DNA of 64,000 nucleotides, from assembly GCA_028280455.1 (NCBI GenBank), contig JANQLT010000105.1, positions 4,077-68,076 on the forward strand. The letters are read 5' to 3'. This DNA comes from Kiloniellales bacterium. Its GTDB lineage: Bacteria; Pseudomonadota; Alphaproteobacteria; Kiloniellales; JAKSDN01. The translations under genes and the position numbers were made by a program. The number at the start of each line of letters is the position of its first letter. Position 1 is the stretch's first letter. The notes beneath the pieces are model-generated. The model did not search any database and had not been told where the DNA came from. It worked only from the letters and a program-made list of their open reading frames with translations. Positions 1 through 10,059 of this stretch are shown piece by piece.

Positions 1-849
1 GACCTGACCATCGCCCGCCTGGCCGAGGACCGCTTCTACATCGTCACCGGCACCGGCTTCGCCACGCACGATTTCTCCTGGATCGCCCGCTCGATCCCCG
101 AGGGGCTCGACGCCCATCTGGTCGACGTCACCTCGGCCTATGCGACCCTGTCGCTCATGGGACCGGCCGCCCGCGACGTCCTGAGCGCGGCGGCCGAGGG
201 CGACTTCTCCAACGAGGCCTTTCCCTTCGCGCGCTGCCGCGAGATCACCATCGGCGGCACGCCGCTCTGGGCCCTGCGCATCACCTACGTCGGCGAGCTG
301 GGCTGGGAGCTGCACGTGCCGGCCGAGTCCGCGCTCGCGGTCTACGGCCGGCTGGCCGAGGCCGGCGCCGGCTTCGGCCTGGCCAACGCCGGCTACCGGG
401 CCATCGAGAGCCTGCGGCTGGAGAAGGGCTACCGGGCCTGGGGCAGCGACATCGGCCCCGACTACACGCCCCTGGAGGCCGGCCTCGGCTGGGCCGTGAA
501 GCTCAAGACCAACATCGCTTTCCAGGGCCGCGAGGCGCTGGCCGAGCAGCAGGGCCGGCCGCTGGCCAAGCGCCTGGCCTGCTTCACCGTCGATGATCCC
601 GAGGTCGTGCTGCTCGGGCGCGAGACCCTCTACCGCGACGGCGAGCGCGTCGGCTGGCTGACCTCGGCGGGCTGGGGCCACACGGTCGCCACGAACATCG
701 GCTACGGCTACGTGCGCCGGGCCGAGGGCGTCGACGAGGCCTTCCTGGCCGCCGGCAGCTACGAGCTGGAAGTGGCCAACGAGCGCGTGCCCTGCCGGTT
801 CCGGGACGGGCCGCTCTACGATCCGGAGAACCGGCGCGTGAAGGCGTGA
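1..849 (+). CDS. GcvT-family aminomethyltransferase/dimethylglycine-sarcosine dehydrogenase-like protein, C-terminal part (5' truncated by window)
   Basis: Frame open from base 1 (DLTIARLAEDRFYIVTGTGF); motifs RITYVGELGWELH, SLRLEKGYR, PLYDPEN. Confidence 0.9.
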   Translation, partial: DLTIARLAEDRFYIVTGTGFATHDFSWIARSIPEGLDAHLVDVTSAYATLSLMGPAARDVLSAAAEGDFSNEAFPFARCREITIGGTPLWALRITYVGELGWELHVPAESALAVYGRLAEAGAGFGLANAGYRAIESLRLEKGYRAWGSDIGPDYTPLEAGLGWAVKLKTNIAFQGREALAEQQGRPLAKRLACFTVDDPEVVLLGRETLYRDGERVGWLTSAGWGHTVATNIGYGYVRRAEGVDEAFLAAGSYELEVANERVPCRFRDGPLYDPENRRVKA

Positions 850-865
850 GCGGAGGCGGGGCGCG

Positions 866-3274
866 ATGAGCGAGCAGGCCGAGATCGTCATCATCGGCGG
901 CGGCGCCATCGGCTGCTCGATCGCCTATCACCTGGCCAAGCTCGGCAAGCGCGACGTCCTGCTGCTCGAGCAGTACGCCCTGACCCACGGCTCGACCTGG
1001 CACGCCGCCGGGCTGGTCGGCCAGCTCCGCAGCAAGCGCAACCTGACGCGCATGATGCAGGACAGCGTCGCGCTCTACGGCCGCCTGGAGGCCGAGACCG
1101 GCCAGGCGACCGACTGGAAGCCGGTCGGCAGCATCCGCGTCGCCTCCTCGCCCGAGCGCTGGCAGGAGCTGAAGCGCAGCGCCTCGACGGCGCGCAGCTT
1201 CGATTTCGAGATGCACCTGCTGAGCGCGCGCGAGGCCGAGGCGCGCTTCCCGCTGATGACGACCCAGGGCGTCGAGGGCGCCGCCTTCGTGCCGAGCGAC
1301 GGCTACGTCGACCCGAGCAGCCTGACCCAGGCCCTGGCCAAGGGCGCGCGCGCCGGCGGCGTCCGCCTGCGCGAGGGCGTGCGGGTCACCGACCTGGTCG
1401 GCCGCCGCGGCCGGGTCGTCGAGGTGGTGACCACGCACGGCCGGATCGCCTGCGAGTCCCTGGTGATCGCCGCCGGGATGTGGGCGCGGCAGGTCGCGGC
1501 CATGGCCGGCCTCGCGCTGCCGGCCGGCGCCGTAGAGCACCAGTACATGGTGACGGAGAAGTTCGAGGGCGTGGATCCCTCGCTGCCGACCTTCCGCGAT
1601 CCCGACAACCTCTTCTACCTGAAGCCCGACGTCGGCGCCCTGGCGCTCGGCGGCTGGGAGGCCGACACGCTGCCCTTCGGCTCGCGCGGCATCCCCGACG
1701 GCTTCCAGCGCAGCCTGCTCGACGCCAACTTCGACCGCTTCGAGCAGCTCGCGGTCAAGGCCGCCGCGCGCCTGCCGATCCTCAACGAGGTCGGCGTGCG
1801 CGAGCTGATCAACGGGCCGATTCCGGTCTCGGCCGACGGCGAGCCGGTCATGGGCCGCGTGCCCGGCTTCGACAACCTCTACGTCGCCTGCGGCTTCACC
1901 GCCGGCATCGCCGCGGCGGGCGGCGCGGGCAAGGCCATGGCGGCCTGGATCGCCGAAGGCGACCCGGGCATGGACCTCTGGGCCTTCGACATCCGCCGCT
2001 TCAGCCCGCACCAGGCGAGCCGGCAGTTCCTCGAGGAGCGCTGCGTCGAGAGCTACGGCGCCTACTACAAGATGCACTGGCCGGGCGCCGAGCCGAGCTC
2101 GGCGCGGCGGCAGAGGCTGAGCCCGCTCTACCCCATGCTCGAGGCCATGGGCGCGGTCTACGGCTCCAAGGCCGGCTGGGAGCGGCCCAACTGGTTCGCG
2201 CGCGACGACGCCGAGCCCGTCGACCGGCCGGCCTTCGAGCGGCCCAACTGGTTCGAGGCGGTCGGCGAGGAGCATCGTGCCGTGCGCGAGCGGGTCGGGC
2301 TGATCGACCTGAGCTCCTTCGCCAAGTTCGAGATCGGCGGCCGGGGCGCCCTGCAGGCCCTGCAGCGCATCGCCGCCAACGACCTCGACCGGCCGGCCGG
2401 GTCGGTGATCTACAGCCAGCTCTGCAACGCCCGCGGCGGGATCGAGGCCGACGTGACCATCGTCCGCCTGGACGAGGAGACCTTCTACCTGATCACCGGC
2501 AGCGGCTTCGCGGTGCGCGATGCCGGCTGGATCCAGAGCCAGCTCCCGCGCGACGGCGACCTCCGGCTGCGCGACGTGACCTCGGCCTGGGCGGTGGTCC
2601 ACATCTGCGGCCCGAACGCCCGCGACCTGCTGGCGCTGGTCGCCGAGGAGAACGTCGAAGGGTCCGCTTTCCCCTACTACACGGCCCGCCAGATCACCAT
2701 CGGCAGCGCCCGCCTGCGCGCCCTGCGCCTCAGCTACACGGGCGAGCTGGGCTACGAGCTGCACTGCCCGAGCGAGACGGCGCCGCGGGTCTTCGGCCTG
2801 CTCTGGCAGGCCGGCCGCGATCTCGGCATCGCCAACGTCGGCTACCGCTGCCTGGAGTCCCTGCGCCTGGAGAAGCGGCACCTCTACTGGAGCGCCGAGC
2901 TGACGCCGGACACCAATCCCTACGAGGCCGGCCTCGGCTTCTGCGTGGCCCTCGACAAGGGCGATTTCCTCGGCCGCGACGCCCTGGCGCGGGTCAAGGC
3001 CGAGGGCCCGAGGCGCAAGCTCTGCTGCTTCACCCTCGAGGCCGAGGTGCCGCTGTTCGGCGGCGAGGCGATCCTGCGCGAGGGCCGGGTGATCGGCGTC
3101 ACCACCAGCGGCGGCTACGGCTACACGGTCGGCAAGCCCATCGTGCTCGGCTATCTGCCGGTCGAGGAGGCGGGGCACCGGGACTACGAGATCGAGGCCT
3201 TCGCCGAGACCCATCCCGCGCGCCGCCACGACCGGCCGCTCTACGACCCGGAGCGCAAGCGGGCGCTGGCCTGA
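866..3274 (+). CDS. FAD-dependent oxidoreductase, GcvT family (sarcosine/dimethylglycine dehydrogenase-like)
   Basis: N-terminal GGGAIG FAD motif, GSTWHAAG, GWERPNWF, C-terminal GcvT domain (SYTGELGYELH, LRLEK). Confidence 0.92.
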   Translation: MSEQAEIVIIGGGAIGCSIAYHLAKLGKRDVLLLEQYALTHGSTWHAAGLVGQLRSKRNLTRMMQDSVALYGRLEAETGQATDWKPVGSIRVASSPERWQELKRSASTARSFDFEMHLLSAREAEARFPLMTTQGVEGAAFVPSDGYVDPSSLTQALAKGARAGGVRLREGVRVTDLVGRRGRVVEVVTTHGRIACESLVIAAGMWARQVAAMAGLALPAGAVEHQYMVTEKFEGVDPSLPTFRDPDNLFYLKPDVGALALGGWEADTLPFGSRGIPDGFQRSLLDANFDRFEQLAVKAAARLPILNEVGVRELINGPIPVSADGEPVMGRVPGFDNLYVACGFTAGIAAAGGAGKAMAAWIAEGDPGMDLWAFDIRRFSPHQASRQFLEERCVESYGAYYKMHWPGAEPSSARRQRLSPLYPMLEAMGAVYGSKAGWERPNWFARDDAEPVDRPAFERPNWFEAVGEEHRAVRERVGLIDLSSFAKFEIGGRGALQALQRIAANDLDRPAGSVIYSQLCNARGGIEADVTIVRLDEETFYLITGSGFAVRDAGWIQSQLPRDGDLRLRDVTSAWAVVHICGPNARDLLALVAEENVEGSAFPYYTARQITIGSARLRALRLSYTGELGYELHCPSETAPRVFGLLWQAGRDLGIANVGYRCLESLRLEKRHLYWSAELTPDTNPYEAGLGFCVALDKGDFLGRDALARVKAEGPRRKLCCFTLEAEVPLFGGEAILREGRVIGVTTSGGYGYTVGKPIVLGYLPVEEAGHRDYEIEAFAETHPARRHDRPLYDPERKRALA

Positions 3275-3294
3275 GCCGGGGGTCTTGACGGTCT

Positions 3295-3310
3295 TGTAAA
3301 AATATTTACA
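3295..3310. promoter_or_regulatory. Palindromic operator TGTAAA-N4-TTTACA in the AT-rich promoter of the Xre-RES operon
   Basis: TGTAAAAATATTTACA in a short AT-rich stretch about 35 nt upstream of the antitoxin gene. Confidence 0.5.
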
Positions 3311-3345
3311 TTATGCTCAATGTTTGACAGTCAGGGAGTCGAGCC

Positions 3346-3786
3346 GTGTTGACGGGCTTCGGTGAGGCGGCGGCGGGCAACATCGGCATGCCCCTCTCGG
3401 CCCTGGCCGACCGGGAGACCGCCAAGAAGATCTCGCCGACCGCCGTCAAGCTGTTCTTCCGCTTGGCCGCGCTCTGGCGGCTCTCCATCGAGCAGCAGCG
3501 AGTCCTGCTAGGCGGCATCTCGCGCCAGACCCACTACAACTGGCGGGAGGGCAAGGTCGGTCCGCTGTCCCGCGACCAGCTCGAGCGGATCTCGCTGATC
3601 CTCGGCATCCATAGCGGCCTGAAGCTGCTCTTCGCCGACGAGGCCAGCGCCGAGCGCTGGTTCACCGCGGCGAACCACGACGTCCCCTTCGGCGGCGCCT
3701 CGCCGTTGGCGCGCATGACGCAAGGCAGCATCGACGATCTCTATGCCGTGCGCCGCTACATTGACGCTTGGCGCGGCATGAAATGA
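3346..3786 (+). CDS. Antitoxin, Xre/MbcA/ParS family (HTH plus C-terminal toxin-binding domain)
   Basis: HTH-like LGGISRQTHYNW; C-terminal W...N...FGG.SPL..M..G...DL..VRRYIDAWRG; overlaps downstream RES gene (ATGA). Confidence 0.85.
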   Translation: MLTGFGEAAAGNIGMPLSALADRETAKKISPTAVKLFFRLAALWRLSIEQQRVLLGGISRQTHYNWREGKVGPLSRDQLERISLILGIHSGLKLLFADEASAERWFTAANHDVPFGGASPLARMTQGSIDDLYAVRRYIDAWRGMK

Positions 3787-4496
3787 GCGCGTGGCGCCGC
3801 ACGCGCGTCCGGCGCCGCACCCACCGCTTGATCGCCAGCCGCTATCCGACGATCGGTGTCTTCGACGACCTGACGGCTGATCCCGATGAGCTGCGCGTTG
3901 CCTTCCTGCTCGCCAACGCGACCAACGACCGGATAACGCTGCTCGGCCAAAGGATCGGTGCGCTGGCGGACGAGGAGATCATCACCGGCCCGACCGCGAG
4001 CCTGGTCATGGCGGCCTTCCTGCACGCCGATCCCGCCGGGGGCCGCTTCACGGACGGGCGTCTCGGCGCTTGGTATGCCTCATTCGACGTGGCGACGGCC
4101 TTGGCGGAAGTCCGCTTCCATAGCATGAGGCGGCTGCGCCTGTCGGCCGGCGGCTTTCCGTCGAGCATCCAGCTTCGCGAGCTGATCGCGCCGGTGCATG
4201 GCGCGCTGTGCGATCTTCGCGGCTTGCAGGCGGACCTGCCATCGCTCTACGACCCCGACGTGGCCGGCTACGGCGAGCCGCAGCGCTTCGCCGTTGCGCT
4301 ACGCTGGCCCGCTGAAGGCGGCGAGCCCGAGGACGGCATCCTCTACGACAGCCTGCGCCGCGCCGGCGGCATCAATGTCTGCGCCTTCCGGCCGACGATG
4401 GTCGCCTTGCCGGTTACGCAAGGCGACCATTACCAGCTTCACTGGGACGAAGCGGGGACGGGGCGGGCGGTCAAGCTGACCAACGTCGCTCTCTGA
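3783..4496 (+). CDS. RES-domain toxin (MbcT/ParT-like NAD+ phosphorylase)
   Basis: THRLIASRYP, GGRF..G..GAWY, ALAEV, GILYDSLR; ATG at 3783 coupled to antitoxin stop. Confidence 0.85.
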   Translation: MSAWRRTRVRRRTHRLIASRYPTIGVFDDLTADPDELRVAFLLANATNDRITLLGQRIGALADEEIITGPTASLVMAAFLHADPAGGRFTDGRLGAWYASFDVATALAEVRFHSMRRLRLSAGGFPSSIQLRELIAPVHGALCDLRGLQADLPSLYDPDVAGYGEPQRFAVALRWPAEGGEPEDGILYDSLRRAGGINVCAFRPTMVALPVTQGDHYQLHWDEAGTGRAVKLTNVAL

Positions 4497-4507
4497 CCCC
4501 AAGATAG

Positions 4508-4542
4508 CGAAACGGGCCGCCGCCCCGGAGAGCGGCGGCCCG
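4508..4542 (-). terminator. Probable intrinsic terminator between convergent RES toxin and SBP genes
   Basis: 11-bp stem CGGGCCGCCGC/GCGGCGGCCCG followed by TTTCG on the minus strand. Confidence 0.55.
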
Positions 4543-4551
4543 GACGCTAGA

Positions 4552-6141
4552 TCAGGCGAACCACCAGCGCTCGACGAAGCGGCCGCCGTCCAGGGCCCAG
4601 TTGGCGGCGACGTTCTCGCCGTGCTGGACCTTGTCGGACATGGCATAGACGTAGTTGGCGAAGGCCCAGACGATAACGCCGCCCTCGTCGCGTACGATCT
4701 GCTGCATCTCGCGGTAGATCTCGGCGCGCTTGTTCTCGTCGAGCTCGCCGCGGCCGGACTTGAGCAGCATGTTGAAGCGCTCGTGGCTCCAGTAGGTGTC
4801 GTTCCAGTTGGCGCCTTCCGCGTAGGCCTGGGAGAACATCCAGTCGCAGGTCGGCCGGCCGCCCCAGTAGCAGGCGACCCAGGGCTTCTGCATCCAGACG
4901 TTGGACCAGTAGCCGTCGTTCGGCTCGCGGACGATGTTCATGTCGATGCCCGCCGGGGCCATCTGCTCCTTCATCAGCACGGCGGCGTCGACCGCGCCGG
5001 CGAAGGCCGCGTCGGCCGCCGAGAAGTCCAGCGTGATGTTGTCGTAGCCCGCCTTCTTGAGGTGGAACTTGGCCTTGTCGATGTCGTAGGTCCGCTGCTC
5101 CAGATCGGCGGCGAAGGGCACCGAAGGCGCGATCGGCTGATCGTTGCCCAGGCTGCCGTGGCCCTTGAGGATCTTCTCCAGGAGCTGCTCGCGGTCGATG
5201 GCATACTTCAGCGCCAGGCGCAGGTCGTTGTTGTCGAAGGGCGCCGCGCGGGTGTCCATCGGCGCCGTGAAGTGCAGGAAGCCGGTCTCCTCCTCGACCC
5301 GCACGCCCGGGCGCCGGGCCAGGAGGTGAGCGGTCTTGAGGTCGACCCGGCTGATGACGTCGACCTCGTCCGAGGCCACGGCGTTCTGCCGCGCGTTGAC
5401 GTCGGCGATCACCAGGAGCTCGAGCTCGTCGAAGTGCGCGCGGTCGGCCTTCCAGTAGTTCGGATTGCGCTTCAGGCTCGTGCGCACGCCGGGCTCGTAG
5501 GAGTCGAGAACGTAGCCGCCGGTGCCGACGTAGTTCTCCCAGTCCGCCTTGCCATCGACGTCGGGCATGATCAGCAGGTGGTAGTCGGCCATGAGATAGG
5601 GAAAGTCGGCGTTGGCTTCATGCAGCTCGACGACAAGAGTCGTGTCGTCGTCCGCCTTCATGTCGGCGATCGGGTCGACGTTCGACTTGGCGGCCGATTT
5701 GGAGTCCTCGCCGCGATGGTGATTGAGCGACGCGATGATGTCCGGCGCCGTCATGGTCTTGCCGTTGGAGAACTCGATCCCGGAGCGCAGCTTGAAGGTC
5801 CAGGTCTTGGCGTCGGCCGAGGCTTACCAAGTCTCCGCCGCGTCGCCGACCAAGGCGCCGTCGGGGCTGATCTCCGTCAACGTGTTGTGCGTCGCGAAGC
5901 CGACCGAGATCATGTAAATGTCGGTGTAGGTCTGCGGGTCGAGAGAATCGGTGGTGGCGCCTTCGCCGAGGCCGGCGCGCAGCTTGCCGCCCTTCTTGGG
6001 TGCCGCCATGGCAGCCTTGGCCAGCAGCGATTCGGCCGCGACCGCCGTCAGCCCGAGCGCCGTCGCGCCCTGCCAGAATTGGCGGCGGCTGATGCGCCCG
6101 GCGACCAGTTGCCGGTGTAGGAATTCGACGTTCTCAGGCAT
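4552..6141 (-). pseudogene. ABC transporter substrate-binding protein (family 5, Tat signal) interrupted by one in-frame TAA
   Basis: SRRQF Tat motif; reads DAAETW*ASADAKTWTFKLRSGIEFSNGKTMTAPD in one frame; stop at 5824-5826. Confidence 0.8.
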
Positions 6142-6266
6142 GCCTGCCTCCCTCTCGTGTTGCTTGACTGGGGGCGAGGCTATCACGGGCTCCGGCCGGC
6201 GACCAAGGGACGGCCGGCCCAATTCGTGCTAAGCAGGCATCAAGATTTTGTAGGTGGGGGAGCAGG

Positions 6267-7184
6267 ATGGACGAAGTCTTCGATGCCTTGGGGCGGATCC
6301 CGGCCTATGCCGGACTGGCGCCCGACAGCGCCGCGGTGGAACGCCTCGGCGGCCTGACCAACCGGGTCTACCGGATCGACAGCGGCGAGGAGCGCCTGGT
6401 GCTGCGCATCCCGGGCGAGGGCACCGAGGACTACATCGACCGCAAGGTCGAGGCCCACAACGCCCGTGTCGCGGCGGAGGTCGGGGTCAGCGCCGAGCTG
6501 CTCTTCGTCGAGCCGGCACAGGGCCTGATGCTGACCCGTCACATCGACGACTGCGTCACCATGACGCCGGAGCTCTTCGCCAGCCGCGCCGGCGCGCCGG
6601 CCCGCGCGGCCGCCGCCTTCAAGGCGCTGCACGAGAGCGGCAAGACCTTCGAGTTCCGCTTCGAGCTCTTCGCCATGATCGACGACTATCTCGGCGTCCT
6701 CGACAAGCTGGGCGCGACCCTGCCGGAGGGCTATCACGACGTGGTCAAGGAGGCCGAGGCCGTGCGTGCCGCGCTCGACGCCCATCCGGCCGCGCTCGCG
6801 CCCTGCCACTGCGATCCGCTCTGCGAGAACTTCCTCGACGACGGCCGGCGCATGTGGATCGTCGACTGGGAGTACTCCGGGATGAACGATCCGCTCTGGG
6901 ACCTGGGCGACCTCTCGGTCGAGGCGGCCTTCGACGACGCGCAGGACCGCGAGATGATGACCGCCTACTGCGGCGGGACGCCGGCGCCGGCGGTCATGGG
7001 CAGGATGGTCGTCTACAAGGCCATGTGCGATCTGCTCTGGACCCTCTGGGGCCTGATCCAGCACGCCAACGACAACCCGGCCGAGGACTTCTGGGCCTAT
7101 TCGATCGGCCGCTTCGAGCGCTGCAAGGCGCTGATGGCCCGGCCCGACTTCGCCGCGCACCTGGCCGCCGTCGCCCGGGGCTGA
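6267..7184 (+). CDS. Choline/ethanolamine kinase-family phosphotransferase
   Basis: GGLTN, LRIPG, CHCDPLCEN (Brenner motif), IVDWEYSGMND. Confidence 0.88.
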   Translation: MDEVFDALGRIPAYAGLAPDSAAVERLGGLTNRVYRIDSGEERLVLRIPGEGTEDYIDRKVEAHNARVAAEVGVSAELLFVEPAQGLMLTRHIDDCVTMTPELFASRAGAPARAAAAFKALHESGKTFEFRFELFAMIDDYLGVLDKLGATLPEGYHDVVKEAEAVRAALDAHPAALAPCHCDPLCENFLDDGRRMWIVDWEYSGMNDPLWDLGDLSVEAAFDDAQDREMMTAYCGGTPAPAVMGRMVVYKAMCDLLWTLWGLIQHANDNPAEDFWAYSIGRFERCKALMARPDFAAHLAAVARG

Positions 7185-7191
7185 CGGCGCT

Positions 7192-7587
7192 TCAGTAGTC
7201 CTCGTAGCTCTTCTCTTCGACCAGCAGGGAGCCGGTGGCCTCGTTGACCTGCCGCTTGAGCGCGGCGCGCTCGTCGTTGCGGCGGTAGACCGAGCGGGCC
7301 AGCTCGATGAAGTCGGCGTCGAAGGCCTGGCTGGCCTCCTTGGCGCGGATCCGGTCCTCGATGTCCCAGAGCTTCTCGTTGATCGCCTTCAGCGATCTGC
7401 GCAGCGGCGCCATCGTGCCTTGATCCAGCGCCAGGGCCGTGAGGGATTCGTTGAGCAGGCCGAGCTCGCGCCGGACGTTGTCCAGGGCGTCGGGGCGCGT
7501 CAGGCGCTCGCTCTTGATTTCGAGAATGGTGATCTTGTCGACGAGCTCGCCGATCGACACGGGCACGGAAACCTGGCTGGCAGTCAA
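7192..7587 (-). CDS. DUF6165-like protein
   Basis: PVSIGELVDKITILEIK, LWDIED.IR, F.ELARSVY..NDERA..K, EEKSY; TTG start with GGAGAA RBS. Confidence 0.8.
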   Translation of the reverse strand: MTASQVSVPVSIGELVDKITILEIKSERLTRPDALDNVRRELGLLNESLTALALDQGTMAPLRRSLKAINEKLWDIEDRIRAKEASQAFDADFIELARSVYRRNDERAALKRQVNEATGSLLVEEKSYEDY

Positions 7588-7616
7588 GGGTCGCTTCTCC
7601 GAATGGGCCAAGGGGA

Positions 7617-9506
7617 CTAGGGGTCGGACGCGGGGCGGGCCGCCAGCGCCTCGGCCATGGCGGCGAAGACGCCGTCCCAGTCGCCGTCGCTCGCCTGACG
7701 GAAGAGACGCAGGCTGGGATACCAAGGCGTGTCGCTCCGCTCAAGCTCCCAGCGCCAGTCGGGCGACCGCTTCAGCGCGAGCCAGGTCGGCCGGCCCAGG
7801 GCTCCGGCCAGGTGGGCGAGGGCGCTGTCCGAGACCACCACGAGATCGACGCATTCCATGACCGCGGCGGCGTCCAGGAAGGCGTCCGGCCCGGCGTCGA
7901 AATCCGGCCCGAGGCTCTCGACGGCCATGCCGGCCGGCAGGCTGTCGAGCTGCTCCAGCCCGTCCTGGGCCTGCAGGCTGATCAGCCTGACGCCCGGCAC
8001 CGCGGCCAGGGGCGCAAAGCAATGCAGCGGGATTGACCGGCCCCGGTCGACGACGCCCTTCGGGTTGCCCTGCCAGCCGATCGCCACCCGCGTGCCCCGC
8101 TCGCCGATCCGCGCGCGCCAGGCGGCGACCCGGTCCGGCTCGGCCCTGAGGTAGGGCGCCGGCGCCGCCAGGCTCTCGGCGCTCGCACCGAGCACCCGCG
8201 GCAGGCTCATCAGCGGCAGGCGGTAGTCGAAGTCGCCGGTCAGCGGCGCCTTGGCGTCGAGCATCTGGATGCCGTCGAGGGCGCCCGCCAGGAGCCGCAT
8301 CAGGCGCGGGACCACCCAGAAGACAACCTGGCCGCCGTCGGCCGGGATCCGGCGCAGGAAGCGCGCGAACTGCAGGCAGTCGCCGAGGCCCTGCTCCGCA
8401 TAGACCAGCAGGCGCTTGCCGGCCAGCGGCTCGCCGGCCCAGAGCGGCGCGTCGAGCTCGGGTCCCTTGCCCTTGAAGTCGTCGGTCCGCCAGCGGGCCT
8501 CGTAGTCCTGCCAGCCGGCCGTCATGTCGCCCCGCTGCAGCAGGATGACGCCGCGGCCGAACAGCGCCACCGCGTCCTCGGGATCCTGCCGCAGCACCTC
8601 GTCGTAGCGCGCCAGGGCCTCGTCGAGGCGCCCGAGCAGGCGCAAGCCGTGACCCAGAAGGTTCTTGGTTTCGAGCGACGCGGGGTCCAGGGCGAGGGCC
8701 TGCTCAAGGGCCTGAAGCGCCTCCTCGAAGCGGCCCAGCTCCTGCAGCGCCTGGCCGCGCTGGCGCTGGGCCTCGTCGGAGTCCGGCCGCATCGCGATCA
8801 CCCGGTCGAACTCCGCCAGGGCCGCCTCTGGCCGGCCCAGGCCGCGCAGGGCCAGCCCGCGGTTGGCCAGGGCCTGCGGGTAGTGGGGGCGCAGCGCCAG
8901 GGCCCGCTCGGCCGCGGCCAGCGCCGCTTCGTGATCCTCAAGGGCATGCAGGCTGCGGGCCCGGTTGCAATGGGCCGCGGCGAAGTCGGGCTGCGTGGTC
9001 AGCAGGGAGTCGTAGGCGGCCAGTGCCTCCTCGTAGCGCTCCAGGGCGTGCAGGGCGGCGGCGCGGTTGAGCAGCGCCACCGGCTCGCCCGGGCTGAGCG
9101 CGAGGGCCTCGTCGAAGGCGACCAGCGCCTCCGCGTCGCGGTCCAGGTCGGCCAGCGCGTTGCCGCGGTTGCAGTGGCTGGCCGCATCGTTCGGGTTGAG
9201 CGACAGCGCCTGGTCGTAGCTGGCCAGCGCCTCCTCGGGCCGGCCGAGGTGGCGCAGCGCCTGGCCGCGGTAGGCGTGGGCCTCGGCCAGACCCGGTGCC
9301 TTCTCAAGCGCGGCGTCCAGGGCCTGCAGCGCCTGGCCCCACTCGCCACGCTGGTGATGCAGGATGCCGAGCAGGGTCAGGCCGGCCTCGTGGCGCAGCG
9401 CCAGGCCGTCGTGCCCGCCCAGGGTCTGCTGCGCGCCCGCCAGGTCGCCGCCCTGAAGTTGCTGGACGGCCTGGTTCAGGATCTGCTGCAGGCGCTCGGC
9501 GCTCAT
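7617..9506 (-). CDS. TPR-repeat protein with C-terminal glycosyltransferase family 9-like domain
   Basis: About 9 TPRs; YEARW, EQGLGD, PLMSLP, DLVVVSDSALAHLAGALG, DWRW, PWYPS.RLFRQ. Confidence 0.88.
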   Translation of the reverse strand: MSAERLQQILNQAVQQLQGGDLAGAQQTLGGHDGLALRHEAGLTLLGILHHQRGEWGQALQALDAALEKAPGLAEAHAYRGQALRHLGRPEEALASYDQALSLNPNDAASHCNRGNALADLDRDAEALVAFDEALALSPGEPVALLNRAAALHALERYEEALAAYDSLLTTQPDFAAAHCNRARSLHALEDHEAALAAAERALALRPHYPQALANRGLALRGLGRPEAALAEFDRVIAMRPDSDEAQRQRGQALQELGRFEEALQALEQALALDPASLETKNLLGHGLRLLGRLDEALARYDEVLRQDPEDAVALFGRGVILLQRGDMTAGWQDYEARWRTDDFKGKGPELDAPLWAGEPLAGKRLLVYAEQGLGDCLQFARFLRRIPADGGQVVFWVVPRLMRLLAGALDGIQMLDAKAPLTGDFDYRLPLMSLPRVLGASAESLAAPAPYLRAEPDRVAAWRARIGERGTRVAIGWQGNPKGVVDRGRSIPLHCFAPLAAVPGVRLISLQAQDGLEQLDSLPAGMAVESLGPDFDAGPDAFLDAAAVMECVDLVVVSDSALAHLAGALGRPTWLALKRSPDWRWELERSDTPWYPSLRLFRQASDGDWDGVFAAMAEALAARPASDP

Positions 9507-9531
9507 GGCCGCAGCTCGCCGTCGGGCCCGC

Positions 9532-9990
9532 TCATGCGCCGTCCCTTCGCACCGGCCCGTACGCCACCGGCTTGCCGGCCCGGCTGCCAGAGCGGGCGAA
9601 GCGGGGCAGGGCGTCGTGCACCTCGAACCAGGCGATCTGCTCGGCGGTGTGGACGTGGCCGCTCGGCTCGACGGCGTTCGGGTCGTCGAGCGTGGCGACG
9701 TAGAGATGGACCTCGCCGGGGTAGCGGTCGGCCTCGTAGGCCAGGGGCGTGCCGCAGCGCGCGCAGAAGCTGCGCCGCACGCCGGGCGAGGATTCGAAGA
9801 CCTGCGGCCTGCCCTCGCTCCAGCGGAAGCCCTTGTCGGCGACGCCGACGAAGGTGGTGACCGGCGAGGCGGTCTGGCGCCGGCAGCTCTCGCAGTGGCA
9901 GTGGGCGACCCACAAGGGCTTGCCCTCGTAGGCGAAGGTGATGGCGCCGCACAGGCAGCGACCCTGCCGTCCGCCGTTCGCTTCGGCCAT
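9532..9990 (-). CDS. GFA/CENP-V family zinc protein
   Basis: GRCLCGAI, HCHCESCRR, RSFCARCGTPL. Confidence 0.88.
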   Translation of the reverse strand: MAEANGGRQGRCLCGAITFAYEGKPLWVAHCHCESCRRQTASPVTTFVGVADKGFRWSEGRPQVFESSPGVRRSFCARCGTPLAYEADRYPGEVHLYVATLDDPNAVEPSGHVHTAEQIAWFEVHDALPRFARSGSRAGKPVAYGPVRRDGA

Positions 9991-10059
9991 CCGCCCTTGC
10001 TCCCCTGCGAGAATCGAGTCCCGGAAACGGGGCGCCAGCATAGCGAAGCGCGGGGCCTT

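Noticed and set aside
584-3229. Long antisense and alternate-frame ORFs (e.g. 584-3229, 12542-14845, 21261-23678, 32084-34621, 34853-37270, 51790-54735, 62294-63979)
   Set aside because: Shadow ORFs typical of high-GC DNA; they overlap well-supported genes and show no family motifs
5754-5830. Programmed frameshift or recoding in the SBP gene
   Set aside because: Both halves are in the same frame and the stop is TAA, not a Sec/Pyl codon
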